From an uncultured Gammaproteobacteria bacterium (GTDB lineage Bacteria; Patescibacteriota; Patescibacteriia; Magasanikbacterales; GWA2-37-8), in the NCBI GenBank assembly GCA_964444705.1, contig CAYUHX010000005.1:1-61770 (forward strand): 61,770 nucleotides of DNA, given 5' to 3'. Under the pieces are notes generated by a model. It saw only the letters and a list, made by a program, of their open reading frames with translations, did no database searches and was not told the origin of the DNA. The translations under genes and the position numbers were made by a program. Positions 36,140 through 44,840 of the stretch are shown one piece after another (positions within the stretch are counted from its first letter, which is position 1; every line of letters begins with the position of its first letter).

Positions 36140-37970
36140 ACGGCATATACTCGCGCAGGTGTGCAAACAAAATATCAGTAAAATAAACAGCGCCTTGTGA
36201 ATTTAAATGATGTGCATCTACAAACAAAGAAGTGGTTGACAGAGAGTGACTTAAATCAATACCGTTTTTTTCAAACACACCAATAATCTTAGTATTGTTA
36301 CCTACATAAAGAGGATCGCTCGCAAAAGAACCCAGCACCGCCGAGTTCTGAGGCATAAGATATGCCATAAATGTTGACGTCGCCTGCATAGCTCCATACT
36401 GTGCGAGCGCTTTTGTAAGACAAAAATTAATATGCTCTTCATCCAACAAATGATGTGCAAACACTTCTCCGGAAGATGTGGTTACTTCAGCTTGTGTCTG
36501 CAAGGCCTCTTCGGGGCTTACCAATGCTGAAAACGAAGGTTTCGTGCCTTTAGCCAGTTCCATAAACATTTTAAATAATTCTTGCAATACCTGAGAAAAA
36601 TGTTTTTTAAAAAAGAAATAGTTAATATCATCTTTATACGTAAGTAGTGGCAGTGCACGGAGAAAAAAAGATTCGATTTTTTTTTCAAGCGTTGGTGCAA
36701 AAAAATGATCAAGACCTTTTTTTTGAAGACACGTATCAGCTTCAGGAGTAATAATGCCGTCATGGGCATACGTTTCTTCGGCCAGTGCTTTTATACGAAT
36801 AAAAGCACTAGGGTCAGTGGATGCAGTTTGGTTGAATTCCGGTTCGTAAAATTGATAGTTTATATCAGTCACCACTACATCAGCTTTGCCTTGTAGACGT
36901 TTGAGAAGGAGGAGTATATCAAGTGGCCGCCCAGCATTAAGCGCAAGGTTGTACACGCTCCAGCGTGAAGAATCTAGTTTTTTGGAAAATAAAAAAGGAA
37001 TAGTATCTTGATAATTTTTTAAGGTCGAACCCCAAAGCACGCTGCCGCCCAAAAATACAATCTTCTTTTTTGGATCGTGTTCAATAGCAGAAATAGTCGC
37101 ATTAATTTGTCGCAAGGAGGGGTTGTAGCGCAGACGCGGCCCCACCAAATTAGATTCTTTTCCATGAAATGCCACAAAAGCTGCACTATTTGCACATACG
37201 AAAAAAAACAATGCCCAAATAAAAATTTTCAAATCACCCCAATGTTTTGAAGGAAAACGACCTTGTTTTTTGTGCAAAAAATTTTTGAAAGTGGTGTATT
37301 CAATGATCATTTGCGACAAAATAGAGCGCCCATCTTTCATCACTCGTATTTTTGAGCCTGCTCGCGGCGTATCATATTGTACGGGAATTTCTACTACAGA
37401 AAGACCGCTTGCCTCACCATACATAATGAGTTGCGTACAAAAAAAAGCATCATTCGCAGTCGCGTGTGGCAACAATGGAATAATTCGTTCTTTTCTAAAA
37501 AGCAAACTACCTTGCGTATCACCAGCTGAAACTGAAAAAAACAAACGGAGTAAATAATTAAAACAAAAAGAAACAAACTTACGTTTAAAAGGGGCGTGAT
37601 TAATGCTTTTTGAATGAGCCTTAGAACCAATAATAATATCAGCCTCAGTTGCTTTCGCAAGCGAATTACCGATTATTTCAAAACCAAACGGCACGTCGAT
37701 GGCATAGAACATTACTAGCGAAAAACGTGCAGCAAGAATGCCTGCTCGAATTGCTCGACCCAATCCTTTTTCAGACAACCGTACATACTGAATCTCGCTA
37801 CTTTCAAAAGATGCCATGATTTTTTCAGTATCATCAGTACTGCCATTATCAATAATAATTATTTCAAAAGAAATACCTTGTGCTGCAAGATATTCTTTGG
37901 TACGAAGAAGTGTATGCGGTAAAATCTCAGCTTCGTTATATACCGGATAAAGCAAGCTCAAACCTTCCAT
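36129..37970 (-). CDS. fusion protein: Dpm1/GtrB-like GT2 domain, one TM, extracytoplasmic DltD/SGNH-like acyltransferase domain
   Basis: aa 1-230: YPVYNEAEIL, IIIIDNGSTDDT, GLGRAIRAG. aa ~245-270: TM (IFIWALFFFVCANSAAFVAF). C-terminal domain: KKIVFLGGSVLWGS (Ser block) and LFVDAHHLNSQG (Asp-x-x-His block). Confidence 0.65.
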   Translation of the reverse strand: MEGLSLLYPVYNEAEILPHTLLRTKEYLAAQGISFEIIIIDNGSTDDTEKIMASFESSEIQYVRLSEKGLGRAIRAGILAARFSLVMFYAIDVPFGFEIIGNSLAKATEADIIIGSKAHSKSINHAPFKRKFVSFCFNYLLRLFFSVSAGDTQGSLLFRKERIIPLLPHATANDAFFCTQLIMYGEASGLSVVEIPVQYDTPRAGSKIRVMKDGRSILSQMIIEYTTFKNFLHKKQGRFPSKHWGDLKIFIWALFFFVCANSAAFVAFHGKESNLVGPRLRYNPSLRQINATISAIEHDPKKKIVFLGGSVLWGSTLKNYQDTIPFLFSKKLDSSRWSVYNLALNAGRPLDILLLLKRLQGKADVVVTDINYQFYEPEFNQTASTDPSAFIRIKALAEETYAHDGIITPEADTCLQKKGLDHFFAPTLEKKIESFFLRALPLLTYKDDINYFFFKKHFSQVLQELFKMFMELAKGTKPSFSALVSPEEALQTQAEVTTSSGEVFAHHLLDEEHINFCLTKALAQYGAMQATSTFMAYLMPQNSAVLGSFASDPLYVGNNTKIIGVFEKNGIDLSHSLSTTSLFVDAHHLNSQGAVYFTDILFAHLREYMPYAF

Positions 37971-37975
37971 ATTAT

Positions 37976-38500
37976 TTAAAGCCCTATTTTTTCAACGATT
38001 TTTCCCGCTTCATTTACTCGCGCAATTAAACGAGCAGGGTTTCCAACAACCAAACCAAAGTCAGGCACATCTTTAGTGACCACCGAACCTGCACCAACCA
38101 TTGCAAATCTACCAATCGTAACACCTGGCAAAAGCACCGAATGCGCCCCGATTGACGCACCATATTTAATGGTAACACCTTCCACCTGCCAATCATCAGC
38201 TTCTTTGAGGGCACCTTCAGGAGTGATGGCACGCGGTATTTTATCGTTGGTAAGCACCACGTGTGGCCCTACAAATACACCGTCTTCAAGTACTGCACCA
38301 TGATACAGCGAAGAATTATTTTGAATTTTACAATTTTTTCCCACCATTACCTCAAAATCAATATATACATTTTTTCCAACAATCGTATTATCACCAATAT
38401 GGACACTTTCTCGCACTTGAACCAAATGCCATATTTTTACCTCTTCACCGACATGAACATTGTCGGCTATAAGTGCGCTTGGATGAATAAAATAGGGCAT
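37976..38500 (-). CDS. left-handed beta-helix N-acetyltransferase, WbpD/WlbB-like
   Basis: IHPSALI..VHVGEEVKIWHLVQV..KIQNN.S.Y.GV.LEDGVFVGP..VLTND...VGAGSVVTKDVPDFGLVVGNPAR matches the WlbB/WbpD pattern from memory. Confidence 0.75.
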   Translation of the reverse strand: MPYFIHPSALIADNVHVGEEVKIWHLVQVRESVHIGDNTIVGKNVYIDFEVMVGKNCKIQNNSSLYHGAVLEDGVFVGPHVVLTNDKIPRAITPEGALKEADDWQVEGVTIKYGASIGAHSVLLPGVTIGRFAMVGAGSVVTKDVPDFGLVVGNPARLIARVNEAGKIVEKIGL

Positions 38501-38506
38501 ATTATT

Positions 38507-39466
38507 TTAGTAAGAGGCAATTTTAAGTGCCTCAATGGCATATGACGGATCAAAAGAACCACCTTCAATAACCAGACCAATAAAAAAAGATAATTCTTCT
38601 TTCAGCGGCTCCTTTTTGGCTACTGAAATAACTATTTTATCTGGATCAGAAAAACGTAAAATATAATCAGAAAAATCACCGATCTGCTCTTTAAATTTTT
38701 CAAAGTTACTTTTGTAAAATTCAATTTGCTGAGTAACATAATCCATTTCTAAATAACCGTTTGAACCAGTAATAGTAAGCTTCCGAATCTTAACTGGCGT
38801 AATCCAATTTGCCTGAATGTACGCAGAAGCGCTGTGATATTTGAGAAAAAATTCAACTGCGTCTTCGCGCTGCTCAATATGATTTTTTTCTTTATGCACC
38901 ATAATTTCCTGCGGCAACTCACCTAAAAGATAATTCACTACATCAATATCATGAATCGCGAGATCAACTGCAATATTTGCATCTTTAATTTGTGGAGGAA
39001 ATCCTCCCACACGTCGAGCGATAAGTGCCGTAATTTTTCCGAGCTCACCTTTGTCAATTAATTCTTTTACCTTGCGTACAGCAGGATTAAAACGCTCAAT
39101 ATGACCCACACACAACAATCGATTTTTTTCTTGCGCAATTTCAGCTAATTGCTGTGCTTCTACGACGTTGAGAGTGATTGGTTTTTCAACGAGCACATGC
39201 ACCCCTGCCCGAAGACAATAAGCTGCTACTGCAAAATGATGAGCTGTCGGCACGCAAATTGAAACTAATTCAGGGCACTCTTTCTCAATCATCTCTTGAT
39301 ATGAAGCGTATGTCGGCAGATTAAATTCTGTTCCTACCTGGGTTCGAAGCACATCACTAATATCAGAAACAGCCACAAGTTCTACTTCGGGCAACTGGGC
39401 ATACGTGCGTACGTGGTTTTTTCCCATATTCCCCACACCGATAACCGCACATTTAGGTCGAGGCAT
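38507..39466 (-). CDS. Gfo/Idh/MocA-family NAD oxidoreductase, WbpB/WlbA/GnnA-like sugar 3-dehydrogenase
   Basis: KCAVIGVGNMGKNH Rossmann motif, VLVEKP motif, placement between the DegT and LbH genes. Confidence 0.7.
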   Translation of the reverse strand: MPRPKCAVIGVGNMGKNHVRTYAQLPEVELVAVSDISDVLRTQVGTEFNLPTYASYQEMIEKECPELVSICVPTAHHFAVAAYCLRAGVHVLVEKPITLNVVEAQQLAEIAQEKNRLLCVGHIERFNPAVRKVKELIDKGELGKITALIARRVGGFPPQIKDANIAVDLAIHDIDVVNYLLGELPQEIMVHKEKNHIEQREDAVEFFLKYHSASAYIQANWITPVKIRKLTITGSNGYLEMDYVTQQIEFYKSNFEKFKEQIGDFSDYILRFSDPDKIVISVAKKEPLKEELSFFIGLVIEGGSFDPSYAIEALKIASY

Positions 39467-40568
39467 ATTTTTTTACTGCATCAATAATACAATCTAAATC
39501 AGTGGTTGAAAGCGATGGATGTACTGGCAACGACAACACTTCCTTCGCTGCTTGTTCGGCAACAGGAAACGTGCCTATTCCTTGATTAAGGAAAGCAAAA
39601 TGTGGGTACAGATGCAATGGTTTTGGATAGTATACCCCAGAACCAATATTCAGCGTGCGAAGATATTCAAACAATCCGTCACGAGAATGTTCAGAAAGAT
39701 TTGACACTCGAATCGTAAATTGATGAAACACGTGTTGATTTTCTTTTCGAATAGATGGCAGTGTTATTCCTGGAAGATCAACCAAACCCGCGGCCAAATG
39801 CATGGCATTCGATCTTCTTTTCTCATTAAGATTATCCACTTTTTTTAACTGCTCAAAAGCAATAGCTGCTTGCATTTCATTTAATCGATAATTATACCCT
39901 AACGCTTGATAATCATAACGCCCGACTTCAGACTGTCCTTGATTACGAAACATGCGTGCACGACTGGCATATTCTTCACTATTCGTCACCACCATTCCTC
40001 CTTCGCCGCACATAATATTTTTAGTGGCATAGAGCGAAAACACACCGCAATCAGCAAGTGCACCAGTTTTTTGGCCAAACTGTGTAGCACCAATACTTTG
40101 GCAGGCGTCTTCAAGAAGTGCCAGATGATTTTTTTCGGCAATTTTTTTTAACGCTGTATAGTCTGCAGCTTGCCCATATAAATCAACAGCCAAAATGGCT
40201 TTGGTTTTGGGAGTGATTTTTGCTTCCACTTCTTTGGGATCAAGATTAAAATTGTCAGGCGAAATGTCGGCAAAAACCGGTCGTGCACCTTGCATTAAAA
40301 TGGCGTTCGCCGTGGCCACAAAAGTAAATGGAGTAGTAATTACTTCGTCTCCCCGATCAATGCCTGCTGCATAAAGAGCCGTATGAAGACCAGCAGTACC
40401 ATTATTTATCGCCACCGCATAATGAGTGCCGCAATATGCCGACCACGCCTCTTCAAGAGCTTTCACTCGCGCCCCCTGAGCCAATTGACCAGATTGAAGC
40501 ACCGCGGTCGCAGCTGCAATTTCTTCCTGTCCAATAATTGGTTTACAAACAGAAATCATAGAATACAT
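39453..40568 (-). CDS. DegT/DnrJ/EryC1/StrS-family PLP aminotransferase, WbpE/WlbC-like
   Basis: QGARVKALEEAW, and FSLYATKNIMCGEGGMV with the PLP lysine present. 371 aa. TAATG junction with the radical-SAM gene. Confidence 0.8.
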   Translation of the reverse strand: MYSMISVCKPIIGQEEIAAATAVLQSGQLAQGARVKALEEAWSAYCGTHYAVAINNGTAGLHTALYAAGIDRGDEVITTPFTFVATANAILMQGARPVFADISPDNFNLDPKEVEAKITPKTKAILAVDLYGQAADYTALKKIAEKNHLALLEDACQSIGATQFGQKTGALADCGVFSLYATKNIMCGEGGMVVTNSEEYASRARMFRNQGQSEVGRYDYQALGYNYRLNEMQAAIAFEQLKKVDNLNEKRRSNAMHLAAGLVDLPGITLPSIRKENQHVFHQFTIRVSNLSEHSRDGLFEYLRTLNIGSGVYYPKPLHLYPHFAFLNQGIGTFPVAEQAAKEVLSLPVHPSLSTTDLDCIIDAVKKYAST

Positions 40569-42025
40569 TACACACCTACAGCCTGAACAGTTGTTTTGGC
40601 CGCTCGTTTTTGTTTAAGTTCTAAAAGTTTGTGCGCTGCCCATTCAGCTACTCTTTTTAATCCCATCATATGCAATACTTCTTTTCCAAAAAAAAGAACG
40701 TAATTTTTGAAAGAGTATTCATTTTTAAGATCAATAATTTTGGTGCGATTGCGCACGGCTTGGGTAAAAATAAATAAACGAAATTTAGAAAACACACTAA
40801 AATCTGCTTTGTACGATTTATTACTGAGCCAAAAATCGTCTTTCATATAACCATCACGCACCGCCTGATTATAATACATCGTGCCAGGCACCATAAGAAG
40901 CCCACCAGCAGTAGAAAAACTATCTGGATCAACAGCATTCAAAAAATCAATAGTTTCATTAATGGTTTCAGGAGTTTCTTTAGGTGACCCCACAATCATA
41001 AGTGCGTGAAATTTAAGTCCCACACGCTTTACTAACTGCAACGTTTTTTTCATTTGTTCGGCATCTACCTCTTTATTAAATTCATCGAGAATGGTTTGAG
41101 AACCAGTTTCAACGCCATAGGCAATATTATAACAACCAGCATCGCGAAGTTTTATAAGCAAATACTCTTCACTGATCACATCAACGCGTGAAGACACTAA
41201 AAAGGCAATTTTAATGCCCGAGCGAATGATTTCGTCGCAGAAAATTTCTAATTCTTTTTTATTGACACCAAAACAATCATCACGAAATTCAAAATTACGC
41301 ACACCGTAGCGCATATACAAATCGTGAATTTCTTTAAACATGGCAAGACCGCTTTTAGTGCGCCATTTTTGCCACACCCACCAGAGTGCACAATATTTAC
41401 ACGACCCAGGACAGCCTCGCGAAAAACGCACTGGTACCGTTACCTCACGGCTAAGATCAATGCCATTATACACTCCCTCGCCTTTGGGGTAATGTGTAAA
41501 ATCAATTAAATTCCAAGCCGGAGCGCCAAGAACATCTAAATTTTTCTCAGGCACCCGATCATTATTTTTTACTACTTTACCCTCACGACGATAAGCAATG
41601 CCAGGGATACTATTTAACTCTTTTTTTTCTGCCAGGTCAGCCAAGGTGTATTCACATTCGCCAATGGTGCAGATATCAATTTGAGGAATGTGTGTTAAAA
41701 CGTGGTGCCACATGGTGGTGGTTTGCGAATCGTTGTTAAATACAGTGCCGGCGACCACGAGCATGGTAGGGTTATATTTTTTAATTTTTTTGATTATTTT
41801 TAATGCATGAACCCGATTCATGGAATAATACGCCACTAACACAAAATCAAACCCCTTTAAAGTTTCTGCGGTAAATGGAATTTTAGGATTATTCAAAAAA
41901 TCAAGAATGACCACTTCGTGGCCGCGACTTTGCAAAAAACCAGCTGATTCAAGTAATTCCAAAGGTGGCCCAAGCAAGGCAAACTGCTTAACACTGTCTG
42001 GTCTTATAAAAAGAAGTTTCGACAT
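40568..42025 (-). CDS. class B (cobalamin-binding-domain) radical SAM enzyme
   Basis: N-terminal B12-binding-like Rossmann domain (VVILDF.., FDFVLVAYYS, MLVVAGTVF), then RFSRGCPGSCKYC (CxxxCxxC) and a TIM-barrel core (IAYGVETGS). Confidence 0.75.
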   Translation of the reverse strand: MSKLLFIRPDSVKQFALLGPPLELLESAGFLQSRGHEVVILDFLNNPKIPFTAETLKGFDFVLVAYYSMNRVHALKIIKKIKKYNPTMLVVAGTVFNNDSQTTTMWHHVLTHIPQIDICTIGECEYTLADLAEKKELNSIPGIAYRREGKVVKNNDRVPEKNLDVLGAPAWNLIDFTHYPKGEGVYNGIDLSREVTVPVRFSRGCPGSCKYCALWWVWQKWRTKSGLAMFKEIHDLYMRYGVRNFEFRDDCFGVNKKELEIFCDEIIRSGIKIAFLVSSRVDVISEEYLLIKLRDAGCYNIAYGVETGSQTILDEFNKEVDAEQMKKTLQLVKRVGLKFHALMIVGSPKETPETINETIDFLNAVDPDSFSTAGGLLMVPGTMYYNQAVRDGYMKDDFWLSNKSYKADFSVFSKFRLFIFTQAVRNRTKIIDLKNEYSFKNYVLFFGKEVLHMMGLKRVAEWAAHKLLELKQKRAAKTTVQAVGV

Positions 42026-42819
42026 TTAGCAAGAGTTAGTGCGTATAAATTGCGCCAAGAACAGAGGAGCGGCAATGGCTCAAGCCGCTGATCAGCCGCA
42101 CCCTGGAACACTTCGGGAAATTGACTGTTGGTGGGAATTGAAAAACCCATCCCCAAGCATTTGAGACTATAGGTCATCACGGCTTTGTGACGACCAAGTG
42201 TCACCTCTTCATCACGAGAGGAACGATTAAGCGCAGACAAATGCCAAAATTTATTTTTAAGGAAATGAGTATTGTATTCATTATAAAAAATTGACCCTGT
42301 ACTGTCAACCAAAAAATCACCCTCACCATAGTCTCCACCAAAGTGCATGCCCGGTTTTTTTCTGAATATTTTGGGGGAAAAATGCTCTTCCCGGCCAAAC
42401 ATTCGGTATTTACCACGTGTACTATAATGAAATACATCACCGACGCACAAATAAAAAGGTGCGACCAGACAATCAATTTTTGGATTTCCCTCTTTGATGA
42501 CCTTTTGCACCTCACAGAAACCTTCCCGAGTCCAAATTTCATCGCCATCGAGAATGAGACACCATGCAGTATCGGTACGCTCAATCATTTCATTACGAAG
42601 GGCGGTATGCCTTTTTTTATCACAAGGTCCTTTTTGCTCCAAAATTATTTTATGAGGAAACTCCTGTGCCAATTTTTCAACAATCGAAAAGGTGCGATCA
42701 GTTGAACCCGTATCAAAGACTAATATTTTTTCCACAAATGGAAGGGCAGCTCGCAAAGCATACTGAACAAAGTATTCTTCGTTTTTAACCGTACAATGGG
42801 CGGTAACACCAGACAACAT
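42004..42819 (-). CDS. GT2-like glycosyltransferase (short form)
   Basis: CTVKNEEYFVQYAL, ILVFDTGSTDRT, LILDGDEIW. 22-nt overlap with the radical-SAM start. Confidence 0.6.
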   Translation of the reverse strand: MLSGVTAHCTVKNEEYFVQYALRAALPFVEKILVFDTGSTDRTFSIVEKLAQEFPHKIILEQKGPCDKKRHTALRNEMIERTDTAWCLILDGDEIWTREGFCEVQKVIKEGNPKIDCLVAPFYLCVGDVFHYSTRGKYRMFGREEHFSPKIFRKKPGMHFGGDYGEGDFLVDSTGSIFYNEYNTHFLKNKFWHLSALNRSSRDEEVTLGRHKAVMTYSLKCLGMGFSIPTNSQFPEVFQGAADQRLEPLPLLCSWRNLYALTLAKCRNFFL

Positions 42820-42845
42820 ATATTATATCCAGGCTTTAAGAATAG

Positions 42846-43529
42846 TTAAAATAGTTCTACCTGAATCTGTTTAGGCGAAACCCCCAAGCTTTGTAGCAAC
42901 ATACGCACGTCATTAACCATTCCGCCAGCACCACACAAATAAAAATGATACGCATGTGGTGCACGATCGAGATGATCCGTAACTCGCCCCTTGAGTCCTC
43001 GCCAATCAGCGGAAGGTTCAGAAAGCGTGACGGAATACGAAAATTGGGAAAATTGTTTTACCAGCTGATCAAGCTCGTCAATCCAAAAAATATCAGCTTC
43101 GGAACGTACTCCAAAAAGTAAATACACGGGCTCTGAACTTTTAAGATCTTCGAGCTGGTGACGGATCATGGATAAAAGCGGAGCAATGCCCACACTCGCT
43201 GCCACATACCAATAGCCAGGCGCCCCGGCCAACCAGCGGAAATCACCGCCCGGGCCGCGCAGCTCTAAACGGTCGCCTTTTTCGAGTCTCGAAAGATAGG
43301 TAGTAGCCAACCCTTCATTGACTATTTTAATACAAAAAACTAATTCTGTGTCCTTGGGCACCGAGGCGATTGAATAGGCGCGAAAAACACTCTGTGCACC
43401 GTCGGGAACTTTAATTTGGATATATTCTCCAGAAACAAACGAAAATCTCGCTGGTTTTTCAAAACGAAGTTCGATGACTTTTGGGGTAATAAACTTCTTT
43501 TGAGTAAGCACTACAGAGTACGACTGCAT
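42846..43529 (-). CDS. ferredoxin-NADP reductase-type flavoprotein (FAD plus NAD(P)H domains, no Fe-S domain)
   Basis: RAYSIAS (RxYS FAD motif), GPGG, VGIAPLLSM (NAD(P) motif), C-terminal YLCGAGGM. 227 aa. Confidence 0.75.
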   Translation of the reverse strand: MQSYSVVLTQKKFITPKVIELRFEKPARFSFVSGEYIQIKVPDGAQSVFRAYSIASVPKDTELVFCIKIVNEGLATTYLSRLEKGDRLELRGPGGDFRWLAGAPGYWYVAASVGIAPLLSMIRHQLEDLKSSEPVYLLFGVRSEADIFWIDELDQLVKQFSQFSYSVTLSEPSADWRGLKGRVTDHLDRAPHAYHFYLCGAGGMVNDVRMLLQSLGVSPKQIQVELF

Positions 43530-43538
43530 AGAAAGACA

Positions 43539-44840
43539 TTATTTGGTCGGAAATGGCTGTGTTTTTAATAAATAGAACGAACAGGCCATAGTATAACATT
43601 GTGAGACTCCAATGCCAACAAGAAAAGTAAGGCCAGCGCCAAAACTGCCATAACGTGGAATAAGGACATAACTGAGCCCTATATTAAGCAATAATTGAAG
43701 GAAGCCAGAAAAAGCTATCAGTTCGGTACGATTAAAGACGGTGATAATGAGTCCAAGCGGCGCCGCCAAAAAATTTATAAGCATACTATAGCTGAGAAGC
43801 AAATAAATGGGGAGTGACTGTGCATATTTCATACCAAACAACCAGCGCACCACATATTGACTAGGATAAATAAACAGTGCGACCAAAACCGTGGTTGGCA
43901 CGAGCCAGCGCATTATTTTTTTCACAAACAGCCACACCTCTGGCACAGTAGTGAGTGCGTTTATTTTGGGTGTTAACACTGCAGTGATTGATTGCAAAGC
44001 CAGCGAATAGACAAACACAAACTGAAAGGCCACTGTATAAGTTGCCACCTCTTCCAGCCCCAAAAAACGACTGAGCATAGCCTGATCAATTCGACTCGCC
44101 ACAATTGCCGACAACGACCAAATGGTGAGCCAAAAACTAAACCGGAGCAAAGTGTGATGAAGTTGTTTTTTTGAAGCAGAATCAATTTTTACCTTAGAAA
44201 ACGAAGCTGGCAATACCCGCACGGTGACAAGAAAAAGAATCCAAGGAATGCCAATATAGACCGAAAGATAGACAAAAATATTGTGCACCCCCGTCATAAT
44301 AAGCCCAACAACAAACAGTAATCGCACCAGCCCTTTGGCCGATTGTATTGTGGCATTATACAAAAATTGTTGCGTGGCTTGAAGATATGTAGTAACAAAC
44401 CCCAAGAGTACCACCCCTCCCACGCCCAAAAAAGAAAATGCTATGTAAGGCGCGAGTACGGGCTGTTTAAAAATACCATTCGCAATAACTCCGCTTAACA
44501 CCACACCACCCACCGTCAAAAGGACAGAAAGTCCTACTCTCCATTGCCAAATGGTTTTTACGAGCTGTTTAAGTTTTATCTCTTCTTTAAGACCGAGATA
44601 AAGCGGCACAAATCGAAGCAATCCACCATTGAGACCTAAATCAGAGAGTTCTGCCACGGTACTTAAAGCAATTAAAGAAAGTGAAAAAATTCCAAATGCT
44701 GTTTTTTCAAGCGAACGTCCGAGCACTACATTGATTAAAAACAACGATATACCATTTAAAAGCGCACCACAATATACATACAGTACTTCTCGCGCCGACT
44801 TCGTGTGCAACATTTTATTGATTGTGTTAATTAACCACAT
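43539..44840 (-). CDS. wzx: Wzx-type (MOP superfamily) lipid-linked oligosaccharide flippase
   Basis: About 12-14 TM with polysaccharide-biosynthesis-protein-type topology. The ORF-track start at 44846 is TTG; the ATG at 44840 (MWLINT..) is preferred. Confidence 0.65.
   Translation of the reverse strand: MWLINTINKMLHTKSAREVLYVYCGALLNGISLFLINVVLGRSLEKTAFGIFSLSLIALSTVAELSDLGLNGGLLRFVPLYLGLKEEIKLKQLVKTIWQWRVGLSVLLTVGGVVLSGVIANGIFKQPVLAPYIAFSFLGVGGVVLLGFVTTYLQATQQFLYNATIQSAKGLVRLLFVVGLIMTGVHNIFVYLSVYIGIPWILFLVTVRVLPASFSKVKIDSASKKQLHHTLLRFSFWLTIWSLSAIVASRIDQAMLSRFLGLEEVATYTVAFQFVFVYSLALQSITAVLTPKINALTTVPEVWLFVKKIMRWLVPTTVLVALFIYPSQYVVRWLFGMKYAQSLPIYLLLSYSMLINFLAAPLGLIITVFNRTELIAFSGFLQLLLNIGLSYVLIPRYGSFGAGLTFLVGIGVSQCYTMACSFYLLKTQPFPTK

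Noticed and set aside
22533-36685. A9/T9 homopolymer tracts inside glycosyltransferase genes (about 22533-22541, 28746-28754, 29896-29904, 36677-36685) as slipped-strand phase-variation switches.
   Set aside because: Each tract is simply GAA-AAA-AAA-AT (Glu-Lys-Lys-Ile) in an AT-rich genome. The lengths are borderline, and there is no population or read-level evidence for length variation. Worth checking in raw reads, but not supported by the sequence alone.
39453-43529. The FNR-like flavoprotein plus the DegT-family enzyme as an E1/E3 (AscC/AscD) 3-deoxygenation pair for 3,6-dideoxyhexose synthesis.
   Set aside because: The DegT homolog keeps the PLP lysine (YATKNI) and shows no Fe-S cysteine motif. 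The flavoprotein lacks the plant-type [2Fe-2S] domain of E3. The adjacent WbpB/WbpD-like genes fit an amination and acetylation route better.
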